This document shows positions 39,031 through 52,531 of a stretch of DNA of 64,000 bases, piece by piece. Both the position numbers and the translations under genes were made by a program. The stretch lies in the NCBI RefSeq assembly GCF_009914755.1, contig NC_060933.1. One strand, given 5' to 3'. Origin of the DNA: the human T2T-CHM13v2.0 reference genome, Homo sapiens. Below the pieces are notes generated by a model. The model ran no database searches, was not told the origin of the DNA, and saw only the letters and a program-made list of their open reading frames with translations. Every line of letters starts with the position of its first letter. Within the stretch, counting starts at the first letter, position 1.

Positions 39031-39524
39031 TGTGGTAGCCAGTCTCTGAGATGATCCTTATTCCTTGTTTTTGCTTCCTTGTGAAGTTCCCTCCCATATG
39101 GAATAGGAGTGATTTATGCAACTAATTAGAGATTGCAGAAGTGAGTGTGTGACTTCTCAGGATGTGTCATAACAGATATTGCCATTTTCACCTTGATCTC
39201 TCAGATCACTTGCTCTGGAAGTACACTAGCTGCTATGTCATGAGGACACTTAAGCAACACTGTGGAGAGGTCCACATGGTAAGGAACAGCTAGCACCAAC
39301 TCACAGGTGAATGAACCACCTTGGAAGCAGATCCTCCAGCCCCAGTCAAGCCTTCAGATGACTGCTGTTGTAGCTCACATTTTGACTGCAACCTCATGAG
39401 GGACTTTGAGCCAGAATCATCCCCAATTCCTAACCTACAAAAACTGAGAGATAAAAACATTTATCACTGCTTAGGCAACCAAGTTTTGCATTATTTTATT
39501 ATGCAGCAATAGATAACTAATACA
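39031..39524 (+). mobile_element. MLT1 (E/F-like) MaLR solo LTR
   Basis: tgtggtagcc start, ccagccccagtcaagccttcagatgactg, gcagcaatagataactaataca end. Confidence 0.88.
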
Positions 39525-39722
39525 AAATCATGATTATTGCTATATTGGCCTACCATTGATAATGTTACACATTAATGCATGTCAATGCATTTAAATGGTT
39601 TATTCTTTCAATTTAAATAGATTTATTTTAAGAGGAAAAGTTTTATGTTGTAAATGAAAAATAAGCATCACTAGCCACAAAATAAAAATAACTCAGAATT
39701 TAATTTCCTTTTCCTGTGACTG

Positions 39723-40510
39723 ATTTTTTATTTTTATGTTTTAAAATAAATTTTATTGCATGTATTTAAGGTATACAACATGGTGTTATGGAATACATAT
39801 AGATAGCAAAAAGGTTACTACAGTAAGGTAAATTAACACATCCATCATCTTACACAGTTATCTTTTTTTTGTTTTTGTTTTTGTGTCAAGAGCAGCTAAA
39901 ATCTACTCATTTAGCATGAATTCCCAATATAGTACAATTTTATTACCTATAGGCCCACGTTGTACGTTAAATCTCTAAAGTTATTTATCCTACATATTTG
40001 TTACTTTCTCTCCTTTGACCTACATTTTCCTACTTCTTCCTTTTCTATCTCCTCCTTTGCCCCAGTAACCACTGTTTTGTTCTCTAACTCTGTATATTTG
40101 ATTGTTTTTAAAAGATTCCACATATAAATGAGATCATGCAATAATTTTCTTTATTTTTCTGTCTATGTCTGGCTTATTTCACTAAGCTTAATGTCCTCCA
40201 GACACATTCATGTTGTGGTAAATGGTAAGATCTTGTTCTTTATTGGGCTGAATAATATTCCCTTGTATACATATACCACATTTTTGTATCCATTCATTCA
40301 TCAACGGACACTTAGGTTGTTTCCATATCTTGGCTATTGTGAATAATGCTGCAATGAACATGGAAGTGCGGATATCTTTATGAGGTGTTGATTTCATTTC
40401 CTTTGGGTATATGCCCAGGAGAAAGATTGCATTGCTGGGTCATATGGTAGTTCTATTTTTAATCCCTTTAGAAATATCCATACTGTTTTTCATAATGGCT
40501 ATCCCAATCT
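39723..40510 (-). mobile_element. L1MA9-like 3' end
   Basis: gtatttaaggtatacaacat..., ggacacttaggttgtttccatatcttggctattgtgaataatgctgcaatgaacat. Confidence 0.9.
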
Positions 40511-41461
40511 TCTCCAATCTAAATTCCATTTAGATAATGTTGCCTGCAGAAGACTCTGAGCCTAAGGCATCTCATGTCTTTGGAACAAAACTGGGACTTT
40601 ATCCTTGAATTAAACAAAGTGACTGATACGCAATTGAGCAGGGAATAACTTTCTCACAGTGAAATTTGATGTTAAAATGCCCCCTCTCTCTACACCCCCA
40701 AACTGTCTTACAGTCTTCCAAAAAATGTTGGTGTTTTCTTTTCCCCCTTTTGGGAAAATTAGCTAAAGTTTATGTGTTTCTTCACATTCCAAAACATTCT
40801 AAGATAGCACATAATCTCTGTGTCAAGTAAGATTGCCTATAATAAAGTCCTGTAAAATAGCTCACCCCAGTTTTTTTGAAGTATTGCTACTAATATAACG
40901 CCTTGTGGTTATTTAAAGATGCACAGTTTCCAAAACCCTGCTCTGTTCACTGGGCTTTAGTAGCAACAAAGAGACTAGGTCTGCCTGAGGATTATCATCC
41001 TTAAATGTATAGATTAGGAAGTTGAAGCCTGGAGAAGTGAAATTAGATAAGATAATAAGATAATTCATCTAGTAATTAGTAGGGCTGGGGTTAGAACCTG
41101 GGTCCTCTGGGTCCTCCATCACTCTGTGTGGCCTGCACAGAATCCAGTCCATGGACTCTTCACATGTGAGGACTCTAGCTGCACATGTGGGGACTCCCAA
41201 GCAGGTATAGTATATCAGAGCTTGAAGGAAGGCTGGCATGGCAGGGTCTGGGGTGGTTTGGGGGCCTGATGCACGGTTATCAGAGGAGAATCTTTAAGGA
41301 ATCTGAGAAGCTGAGAAGATAGCAATGTCAAGCTCGCCAAGCAGCTGCCATGGCAAATGAGATTACAGAAGCAGTCTTCCCTGCATCCCAGAGGCTGCCA
41401 CAGCTGAGAGTTTAAATTTGCAGCTTCAGAAAGGAAAGCAGACACACAAATGTGCACACGA

Positions 41462-41506
41462 ACACACACACACACACACACACACACTCACTCTCTCTCT
41501 CTCTCT
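41462..41506. repeat. Compound (CA)n(CT)n microsatellite
   Basis: Directly visible. Confidence 0.95.
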
Positions 41507-43396
41507 AATGCCCATGTGATATCAAATGTAGCCTTGACAATGCTCCAGCCCCCACAGAGATGCTAGTCTCTCCCACTTCTCAGTCAACTCCCTGAACCCC
41601 ATCTCCCTACATGGCTGTAGGATGTTTTTGAATTTCTACTAAAAAATATTTCTGAATCTTTGTGCATCTTGAATTTGTCCAGGACTAAAGAAAGAAAAGT
41701 ATATTTTGATGTACAGGAATGCATGGAGCTTTGTGGTTCTCTGCTCAAGTGGAGTAGTATTTTTATGTATATTGGGTGACAAAACATTCAGATTACATGG
41801 AAACCAAACATGTCAAAGCATTTTGGAGAAATAATTTGGTAGCTATTTCCAGATGCAAAAATACTTCTGTTTCTCAGTCAAGTTCTTTGTCCTATTTAAA
41901 CACAGGCCACTAGAGCTAGTAATTGTCTTTTCTTAGGATATTTTAAAGGTCCTGGAACACAAGACTGGAACCCTGGAAGGATCAGATTGTCTCATTTTAC
42001 CAGAAGAGAGACTGAGGCACAAGAGGAGACCAAGCATGGCTCCAGGGACGCTAGTGAGTCACCTGCAGATGAGATTATTCAACTGTATAAATGAAATCAT
42101 GTTTCACCTGCAACGAAAGAAAGCACAAATCACCAGTTTTTACTTCTTTCTCTTCTTTTACTAGTTTTAAATGGCTAAATGGATCACCTCCCTTCCATTC
42201 CCCCACTCCATCTCCCTTAAATTTGGAAACCAATTACATTCCAGGGAGGTAGAGATCTGGTGATAAAGGACTCGTTTCAGGTTTCACACTTGAATACATT
42301 TTTACAGCTTGCTTATAAAATTCTGAAAGCTGGTCTCCTAGTAGAAGGGAAGATGCTGTCAAATGCTAAATGGTGCAGTTAGAGGGACATTCAGACCTCC
42401 TCTCTAGCCCTTCCTCTTTTTCTGGCACCCAAAGGCACGGGCCTTTCCTGTCAGCTGTGCAGGCTCCTCATTACTTTCTAGGATCAGCACATGGATCGGC
42501 TCTACGGGGTGTCAGACTCAGTGAGTCAGCAAAGCAAAGCAGCTGGGCTGAGACAGTGAGACAGTGGACAGTCACCCAGAACAGAGGCAGGGCTCATACA
42601 CCAGCAGCCGGGGAGGAGAAGCTGTGCAGAATCCACATCAGAGACATAGACCCAGGGGCATCATTCTAATAGAGGGCTTCCACTTTTGATATTCTTCTTT
42701 GTTGTCTGGTATGATGCTTAATAAGTGGAAGGTTTAAAGGGAAGGTGTGGGGGTGAGTCTATTTATTCCTTGTAATATTTTTCCGCCAATTTGAAATAGA
42801 CGAATTAGTTCAGACTATGACATTTTGGCTGATGCAACCTTATTTTATTACTTATTTTATTATAGATCAGAGTAAAGGGTTAAGTCATTTAATTCAGGTC
42901 AAATTCTAAAAGAAGGATATTACTCAACTCATAAACTATATAGTCTGCATCAAGAGAAATGGCTTTTATCAACAGCAATCAAACTCCCTTATCCAAAATA
43001 GTAAAATCTTGAGACTTCCAATTTTAATGTAATATTTTCCATTTTAAATATGGATAATTATTTGTGCTAAGTAGCTAAATATAACCAGAGACATTAATGG
43101 ACAAATGATAACAACACAAATAATATATTTATAACAGTTAGCATTTTTAAGTACATCATTTACCATATTATAGCCACACTGCAGAGAAATTTATTTTTAA
43201 TGGATGCTACCTTTGTAGCTCCCCTAATTCTGAAAAGATTTTGTTTAATCTTTTTAGCAACTCTAATTAATTATTATCATCTTCATATACATTTGTTAAT
43301 TCAACAGATATTCAACAGATATAGCTATTATAGTATAAGAAATTAAAACAAAGTGATGCGAAAGACCAATCTCAGGGGAGTGGAGATCTTTGGTCA

Positions 43397-43825
<429 letters not shown>

Positions 43826-43925
43826 GAACTGAAGCACAGCTAAGCCGGATAAGAATTTATCTCTATCTCTAAGTGTATCTCTCTGTCTTATGTGTATTTC
43901 CTGTATCTCAGTTTCTACATCTGTG

Positions 43926-43928
<3 letters not shown>

Positions 43929-43980
<52 letters not shown>
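43929..43980. repeat. (TATC)13 tetranucleotide STR
   Basis: 52 bp of perfect TATC with degenerate flanking units. Confidence 0.95.
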
Positions 43981-44107
43981 ATCTGTCTATCTTTCTATCT
44001 CTGTATTATCTATCAGCTACTATGTGCCAGGAATTGTAGGCTGAGGAGATGTGACAATAAACACAATTGCCAGAGTTCCTACTCTCATGGATTTTTAATA
44101 AGTGCAA

Positions 44108-44169
44108 TAAAGCAAACTAAAATAGGGAAAAGGGATGTAAAGCAAACTAAAATAGGGAAAAGGGATGTA
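44108..44169. repeat. Perfect 30-bp tandem duplication
   Basis: taaagcaaactaaaatagggaaaagggatg x2. Confidence 0.97.
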
Positions 44170-47100
44170 GAGTAAAAGGGTGCTTTTGTGGATAAGATGC
44201 TTTAAACAGAGAATATCTTTGAGTGGAGGCAGGAATCAAGTGTGGAGGCAGACATGCGCTCTGTGTCTGCAGCTAAGATAGCTTTGTAATTAGCATTTTC
44301 TAAATACAGGAAAACATGATTGTCTTTATTGGGTAGCGTGAAACATGCCATGACTATCTTGAGGTGTGTGTGTGGGGTGTGTGTGTGTGTGTTGATCAAA
44401 TCCTTTCCCAGACCAGAAAGAGCAAGAAAAGGTCAGCCTAAGTTGTATAAACAAAGAGGATTTGGAGGCTTCAGGTTAATAAAGTTTTGTGGGGTTTAGA
44501 GAGCCATGGAGGCGGTGTTCATAAAAATAGAGAACCCAACCAGACAGAAGTTTGTGTGTGTTTGAGACATGAGTCTTTGGTGTCTACACACCAAAAATCA
44601 GTTATACCTGGAGAAATAATTATGACATTTTCAACAGAAAAGTATTTAGGCATGGTTAAGATCTGACCCCCACAAAAGATTGAGGAAAAATTGATGAGTT
44701 CAGCAACAGCCAATAAAAAGTCATGGGAAGACTGAATGTTGGAGTTTAGTTACCTTTGGGTCTGAGAAACTGCATTATATTCCCATAAAAGACTGAAGAT
44801 TAAGCCATATTCCTCTCTCTGTGCATTATATTCCTTCTTTTTTCTTTTTTCCCTAACAGAATTTTAGTTGCTTGAAAAGAATTAACATAGAGCAGAATTT
44901 TGAATATGGCTAGGATTAGCTATTGTAGCATAAGGTAAGTGGAAAAGAACCCCTTGTCATGTTGAGTTTTTGGAATGTCTAGACATGAATAAAAATTAAA
45001 AGGTATCATTGATTGTTTCTGTTTTAATGAGTATAAAGTGAATTGGGCAATTCACAGGCTAACTCCAACCATTTTGGGCTTCCTGATGACTAGGGCCAAG
45101 ATATTTCAAAGAGTACTAGGTGATTTATTGGGTCTTATGCAATTATTATTCCAAGAAGAGAGATGTCGTGTCCTTGGCTTATGGGTCTGGAACCTACTCA
45201 TGCATCTGTCTATCCAGGCTTCTGTCCATGCATCCAAGAGGCTTTTATGGAGCTCTGTGAATGTCACAAAGATGAATCAGGCATGCCCTCTGTTCCCAAA
45301 AAGCTCACAGCACAGCCACAGATGAGGAAATAGAGAATTATGTTTTTTAAAGTAGGGTAAGTGTAGGATGGTGGCAAGGGTTAGATGTTTTGGGATTGGG
45401 GGTAATGATCCCAAATTGGATTAGAGCACCTGGTAACAGTTTCTCAGAAACGCTGATGATTATGTTCATCCTAGAGAAGAATGTGTGGAGGTTGTGCAGG
45501 CACAGAAGGAAGAAAGAGGTTTTCCAGGAAGAGGGAATTGTACAAGCCTGGGCAGAGGCACAAAGGGGTGGAAGAGCAAGATTCACTCAGGGAATTGCAG
45601 TAAATTGGCATGACTGGAGTCCAGACTACATGTTTGGTCAGGCAGTGGGGTAGGTATAGAAAAGGAAAGAATGGCCAAGAGTGAGAGACTCAGAGTATTT
45701 GGGATAGAGTTATGAGAGGCCTGGGGGACACTATAATGAACTTGGATTTGATGCTAGTAGCTCTGAGGAACCATGTATGTAATTTAAATTGAAGGTGTCT
45801 CACTAAGATGATGGAAGTTCCATTGGGCTCCTATGGGGTGAGTAGAATTCTATGGCAATTTTTTGCAATAATTATGGCACAAGAGTGAGGCCAAGAGTAA
45901 ATGATCTGGAGTGTGAGAAGCCACTTAATTCTTTGTATGTTGGTCCTTAAGGTGTAAGCATCCCTTTCATGGACCTTTTGTAGGTCCAATGAATGACCTC
46001 AACATGAAACCTTGCAGATAATTTTGAAAGAAAAGGAAAAAAAACTCTTCAATCATGAAAAGGTCTCCATTATATTTCCAAGCTATGTGAAAATTTTTAT
46101 TATATATCAATTACTTTGGAAACATGGCCATTGCATGACACTGTTTCTCATTCATGAAGGGAACACTTCTGTTTTGAATCCCCAGCGGTGCCTGGTGTAG
46201 TGCCTGAGACAGAGAAGAAGCTTAGTAAATGTTCAAGGTATTGGTTTGCTAATGATCCAAACCAAGCTGTGTTTGGGCCCATTTGAACATTTACCGAACC
46301 ATGTTGTTAAATATAAGGAATGTCAGTAATAACCACAAAAGTAAGTCAGTAAAGACAATAGAGCAATGTCTTAGTAGTTATCATCTACTGAAGATCTGCT
46401 CTTAGCTAGGCATGGTCGCAGGCTCTTTATGCCTCATTTCACTAAATCCTTACCATCCCCACACTGTGTCTGTTTTATTATCCCCCTTTACAGTTGGGAA
46501 CACTGAGGTTAACTGTGTTTACTCAACAATCTCAGGGTCACACAGATGCAGAGTAGAAAAGCAGGATGTGATCCTAGGACTAAAGGCAGACAAAGTCTAT
46601 GCCTTTTCTCTCCTATTGCAGTTTCCACATATCAGCAGGTACTTCCTGTGAAAGGGGAAGCACATTTGTTCTCCTGGCTCCAGAGAAGAGAAAGCAGACT
46701 GGCAGCTCTCCCATGAGGGAAAGAGGAGAACTTTGACAGGAATTTACGACCACCAGGGAGAACAGAACTAACTTTTCTGTAAGGCTGTGGCCACCTACCC
46801 CTGAAGATGAGATGCTGATGTAGAAAATGGACAGCCATCTCTTAGAGGATCTGCAAAATAATTTCTATTCTGGTTAGAAAAATTAAATACATTCACTTTA
46901 TCTTTATGATCTTGAGATATTCCTTGGATAGTAACAACAGCTCCTGACATCTGGAGACTATTTCATTTTAGACAAAACATTTGCATGGAGAATCTAATAT
47001 GATCCCATGTGACATTCTTTTTGGGACAAGGTAGCTGTTGCTCAGAGAAGCAGCAGGAATTGTCCAAGGACACACAGGGTGAATGAAAGACTTGGCAGTG

Positions 47101-50003
47101 GGACCTGGGTCCAATAATTTCAAGACCAGTGCTCCTTCACCTATGCATGTTGTCTACTGGAGTGAAGCAAAAATATGGGTCTATAGGGCAGTGTTATGCA
47201 GAATGAGTAGTTTCTTTCCATTATTAGCATAAGCCATACTCTGAAGCTATTTCTGAGACAGTCATCCTTTTCTATGTGGGTCAATGTTCCTGCAGCATGG
47301 ACTTCCTTCTGGGAACAAAGCATCCTTTAGGATCTTCCTTAATCATCCTCATCAGTGTAATATGTTGCTTCCTGTCCAACTGTGCCCCATTTCCATAGGC
47401 AATTTATCTGTATCCATAGAGACACCAGAGATCTGCTTCTTACTTCAAATGTTTCATATCTAGGTTATTCTTCCTGACGTGTGAGTCCAGGGCACAAGTC
47501 TAAAGCTCCCACTTACACAGCCCAGAGGGACTGAGCCCTGCTTTCCACAGTCAGGTCAGGAGCACACTGACTCCTGACTGTGGAAAATTTGTCTGTGTGC
47601 TAAGTGTAAACAGATGTCCCCAGCTGCCGGATCCTTTGGCCATATGAAACCAATCACCAACTCTACACAAACATGCATCATCAGGCTAAAATCTGAAGGT
47701 GCAATGAACTCACCCTGCTTCCCATAGGACAGTGGGTGAGTAGAGGCTGTGGGGAGTTTGGTCAGAGCAGTCCATCTAAGGGCAAAATTTGTGTGGTTTA
47801 ATGAGATGAAAGTGGTGAAGCGGGGCCAAAGGAAGTGCAGCTCAGAGTTAGGATAGATACTGGTTCAATATCATCTGGACACTTTCAACCCTGTACACAT
47901 GGGGGCACTAAGGTTTGGGGGTAGAAGTGACTTCCTCATGATCTCATAGCACTCTAGTGATTCCCTCAGGGTTTAATCACAGATCAGAATGCCCAGGCCA
48001 GTACTCATTCCATTATGTAAGGCTGCCTATGACACTGGCTTTCCCTTGAGCTTCTTCATGTGGAGTCCTTGCATCTCTTATGTTTTAAATCCTGGCAGTT
48101 TTGGATTGACTTTTCTAAGCCATGTGAACTTTCCTAAAGGATAAAAATGATGATGCCATTGATTGTGGGTTAATATTAGGTTAGCCTAGATGTTCTATGT
48201 ACTTAATTGCATTAATAGCCCTAACGTACCATGAAGTAGGTCTTCTATTTTAAAGAAGAAGAAGCTGATACTCAGAAATGGAAAGAGGGTTGCCTAAGGA
48301 CACAGCTTTTAGATGGCACAGCCTGAATTCACATCAAGACAAGTTCCAAAGACATAGTTTAAAGAATCAACGAAGTTATACTGAGGCATCTGATTGACAA
48401 TATAAGATGGCTGCATGATTAATATTATTTATTCACTTAAAAGAATTTATTGAGCATTTATTATGTGTCTGGCAGTATATGTGGTTTCAAAGTTGAGCAT
48501 GACATTATTCTATTAAGAAAACAGTGTAGTGGTGGAGTTGGAAATACAAACAAACCCCTCATTTATGTTGAAGCAATTGTTAAATGGATGATTGATCAGG
48601 TATAATTGGAATAGAGTAAAAGGAGTGCATCAGTTTGTCTAAAGGGTAAGAGATGGTTTGTCAGAAGAGGTGACACTTTTCTATCAAATAGGTGAGGATG
48701 GAATTCAAAGCAGAAGTTGACAGTCTGTTTAGAGAAGTGAAAACAGAACAAATTATGGAATTGTGGAATACTTAGGGAAATACAGGTCATTAGGTATTGT
48801 TAATTTGTTAAAATATAAGCAGGGAAGCTAAAAAGATGATATTAAATATACAGGTTACAAGGACCTTATAGGTTTTACTAAGGGAGTTAGAATTGTTCTC
48901 TGAGGGCAATTGGAAACCATGGATTGGTTTTAAACAAAAAACGCATGATGGACGTATTGTTTAGGATTGGATTTGATTGTTAGTAATGTGAAACTCTAAA
49001 TTAATACTGGCCTAAAAACAGTAGGAGTTTGTTTTTCATGTAAAAGTCTGGCGTTACATGGTCGAGGATTAATATGATGGCTGTTTAGGAATTCAATATT
49101 TTTTCAACCATCCCCATATGTGACCTTCAGACTCACATTCTAAACCTATAATCAGGGCAACAAGGTGGAAACAATGGTAAATAAGAAGAGAGTTACACAG
49201 AGGTACCAGTGTTCTTTTAAGGAAGGTCCTCAGAAGCTTGCACAAGACACTTCTGCTTTTATCTTATACATCAGAACTTAGTTACATGTCTACACTCAGC
49301 TGCATTAAAGGTTGGGAAATACAGTCTTTGCTCTGGATGGTCAAGAGCCCATATAAAAAATCAGGCTTTGTGGTTTTCTGCTAGAACTGAAGGATGGATA
49401 TTGAGGCAAGTTATCAGTAAGTATTTTCATATTAAAGAGATCACTTTAATAACTCTGTGGAAGATGGACAAAGATATAGGGAAGACACTGAAGATATGAG
49501 ACTGAGGCTGGTGATAACCATGAGGCTGGGGAATGCTTTCCCTTTCAAATGACCTAGGCTTTGCCCAATTAAGGAAATTACTGTCTTAGAGTTACTTCTT
49601 TTCTATTGAGTCAGAGGTAGATATATGTCTCCTTCAGCAAATGAGTCATACCCAAGGTTGGGTAAACTTGTTTAGATATGCAGAGTGAACCACGATATGA
49701 ACCTGGTTTGGACTGTATCCTTCACAGACTTAAAACTCTGCTCATCATTCTTGTGTCCTCAAATAGCCAGATCAGATTTTTTATTCTGATTTTCTATAGA
49801 GCTAAGATAGGTAAGAGGAAGTTTCTATCCATTTCATTCTGGTTAGCTGAGTTAACATGTTTTGTCTGTTAAATATTCATGGAATTAGGATAAGAACATG
49901 AGTTTTAGAACCAAGAAAAATGGGAATGAAAAACTCAGCTCTGGTACTAATCCCAGGTTGTCTGGTTTGTGAGTTAGTCCTGATCATCACCACACCATAT
50001 GGC

Positions 50004-52531
50004 ATCCTCTGGCTCTTGGTTTACTTTTCCCTCTTCCTTAAGCTGTTCATTTTCAAGTAACATGGGGAAAGTCACACCAGTCTTACTGAGTATCCCTAAA
50101 AAATGGAGGCAGAAGAATGGACTTGATGATAGAAAAATTTATTCTTGGGCACTAAGCGTGCTCAGCTGGCTATGTCTACCTCCATACCTCCCCTTTAATA
50201 TTTTTCTCCTGGCCCAACAAGTATGTCCAGGGCCCTATAAAGGAAATAATCCAGCATATGTCTAATGTTGGCTCACCCAGTCCTCATCAGCTTTGAGCCA
50301 TCTCACTTTGCTTCTAATATTCCTAAAGCCCCTCTTCTTCAGAGTCCCTACTCCTCTATTTTACTCAGTTTCTCTTGATTCTATATCATGGCTTCATTCT
50401 TCTCTACAGTGTTTCTAGGAATACGAAAGAGTAGGGATGTTGTCTGAAAACTCCAAGGTTGAGATATAACATACTGTTTAATAACAGAGATGCTGAAATC
50501 AAACTGGTATGAATTTACATCTTTCCCTTACTACTATTAATTCTGGACCTTAAGTAAGTTGTGTACCTTTTTCAAGTTTCCTCATCTGTAAGAAGGAGGA
50601 CAATAATAATTCCTATCTTGTATGTTATTGTCAGAATTTAATGAGTTAACAAATATATGTAATATATATGTTTTATATATATATACACATTTTGGTTTAG
50701 TGTTTGGCATATAGTTAAGTACAAAATAAATATTAGCTATTGATATTAATTTTGGGGTTGGAGGTCAAGAAATAAGGCTGGAAAGTTGGGAGGCTCCATT
50801 GTGAAGAGTGACTTAATGATTAAGAAGCTGGATTTTGGGCAAGAAAAAAGAGGGGCTTTGGACAGGAGAGTGCATTCATTTTCTATTGCTGCCGCACAAC
50901 ATGAAACTTAGTGGTCTGAAACAACACAGACTCACAGTTCTGGAGATCAGATGTGTAACATGGTAGGCAGATTGCATTCCTCTGGTTTTGGGGAAGCCGT
51001 ACCTTTCTCAGCTTCTAGAGGTTCTCCATATTCCCTGGCTGGTGGCCAAGCATATTCCGAATTCTGCTTCCGTTGCCACATCTTCGTGTCTGCCTGACTC
51101 TACTGTGTCTCTCTCACAAGAACTTTTGTCCCAGATAGTCCAGGACAATCTCCCCATCTCAAGATCCTTAATTTAATTACATTGGCAAAGTCCCTTTTGC
51201 CATGTAAAGTAACAAATTTGCAAGTTCTGGGGATTAGAATTTGGGCTTTGATGGAGGACATTTCAGCCTACCACAGAAAGTAACATGGCTGTCTGGGGAT
51301 TTTCCAGGATAGCTTGTGAGATTAGAGTTAGGAAGGCCAGTTAAGATGCTGTTGTGAGAATGTGAGAATGCTGTTGTGAGAATGTTGTGGGGAATGTGAA
51401 TGTAAGCATTAGGGGCAATCAGGACACTGGGGAGGAATGGCTGCTGAAGAACTAAAATCACCAAGACTTGGCTAATGAGATTAGGAGAAGGGCTTCTTTC
51501 TAGATTTCTAGCTGCAGGGACTTTCAGCTAGGGGATGGTGGTGTCAGCAGGAGCTGGCAAATACCAGGGGAGGTGACCGACACATTGACTAAGGCTTTCT
51601 GAGAAATCTTGCTTCCTGTAGCCTGCAGCCATTCGTTATAAAACACAGAGAGCAGTCTGGCCCAGAACAGAGTTTCCCACATTTCACTCATTCTTAACAA
51701 CTTTTTCCAAACCTGTCTTTTTAATGTTTCAATTTCTGAATATTTTTCTTTAAATAGACTCCAGTAAAAGTAGCTTCATCCTAAACAATTAGTTTCACAA
51801 AACCACAACTCTGATATGCCTGGATATTTGGATGCACATACTATTCATACATACTCATTAAAATGGAAATGTATTTTTCCATGCACCAGCTAAAATTATT
51901 TCTCAAACCATCAGTGCTAAGCAAACCACATATATGCAAATGTCGGGGAAATGACAAAAACACAGACTGAGAGATTCAAACCTAGACTTGAGTGTATCAC
52001 TTGAGTCCCTGGACTTTTATTTCCTCATATGTGAAATAAAGATAATGTCTAACTTATAATAACTTAGTTAGATAATTAGTGTATGGAAAATGCAAGGTAC
52101 CATATCTTATAACAGGAACCCAGCCTATTATATGCATTTATATTGTTGAATCTTGTGATGTTTTTTCCTTATATATTAAATAAGTCAGTCTTTTCATAAG
52201 ACCTGTCAGTTAATTTTGATAAACACACTAGGGAATTCATCGTCTTTGCAGTCTAGGTGGCAAAGCAATTTTACTTACTGTTTTTTATTACCTCATGAGT
52301 CTTCTTTACTTCCAGGGTACTTCTTTACTTCCAGAGGAGGTATGGAGGTATGGAGGTAGACATAGCCAGCTGAGCACACTTAGTGACCAAGAATAAATTC
52401 TTCTATCGTCAAGTCCATTCTCCTGCCTCCACTTTTTAGGGATACTCAATAAGACTGATGTGACTTTCCCCATGTTACTTGAAAATGAACAGTTTAAGGA
52501 AGAGGGAAAAGTAAACCAAGAGCCAGAGGAT
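50004..52531. repeat. Dispersed inverted repeat, 188-bp arms (50004-50191 and 52344-52531)
   Basis: Hand alignment gives 9 mismatches and no gaps. Confidence 0.96.
50870..51275 (-). mobile_element. MLT1-type MaLR solo LTR
   Basis: ttctattgctgc..., atagtccaggacaatctccccatctcaagatccttaa, catttcagcctaccaca. Confidence 0.85.
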
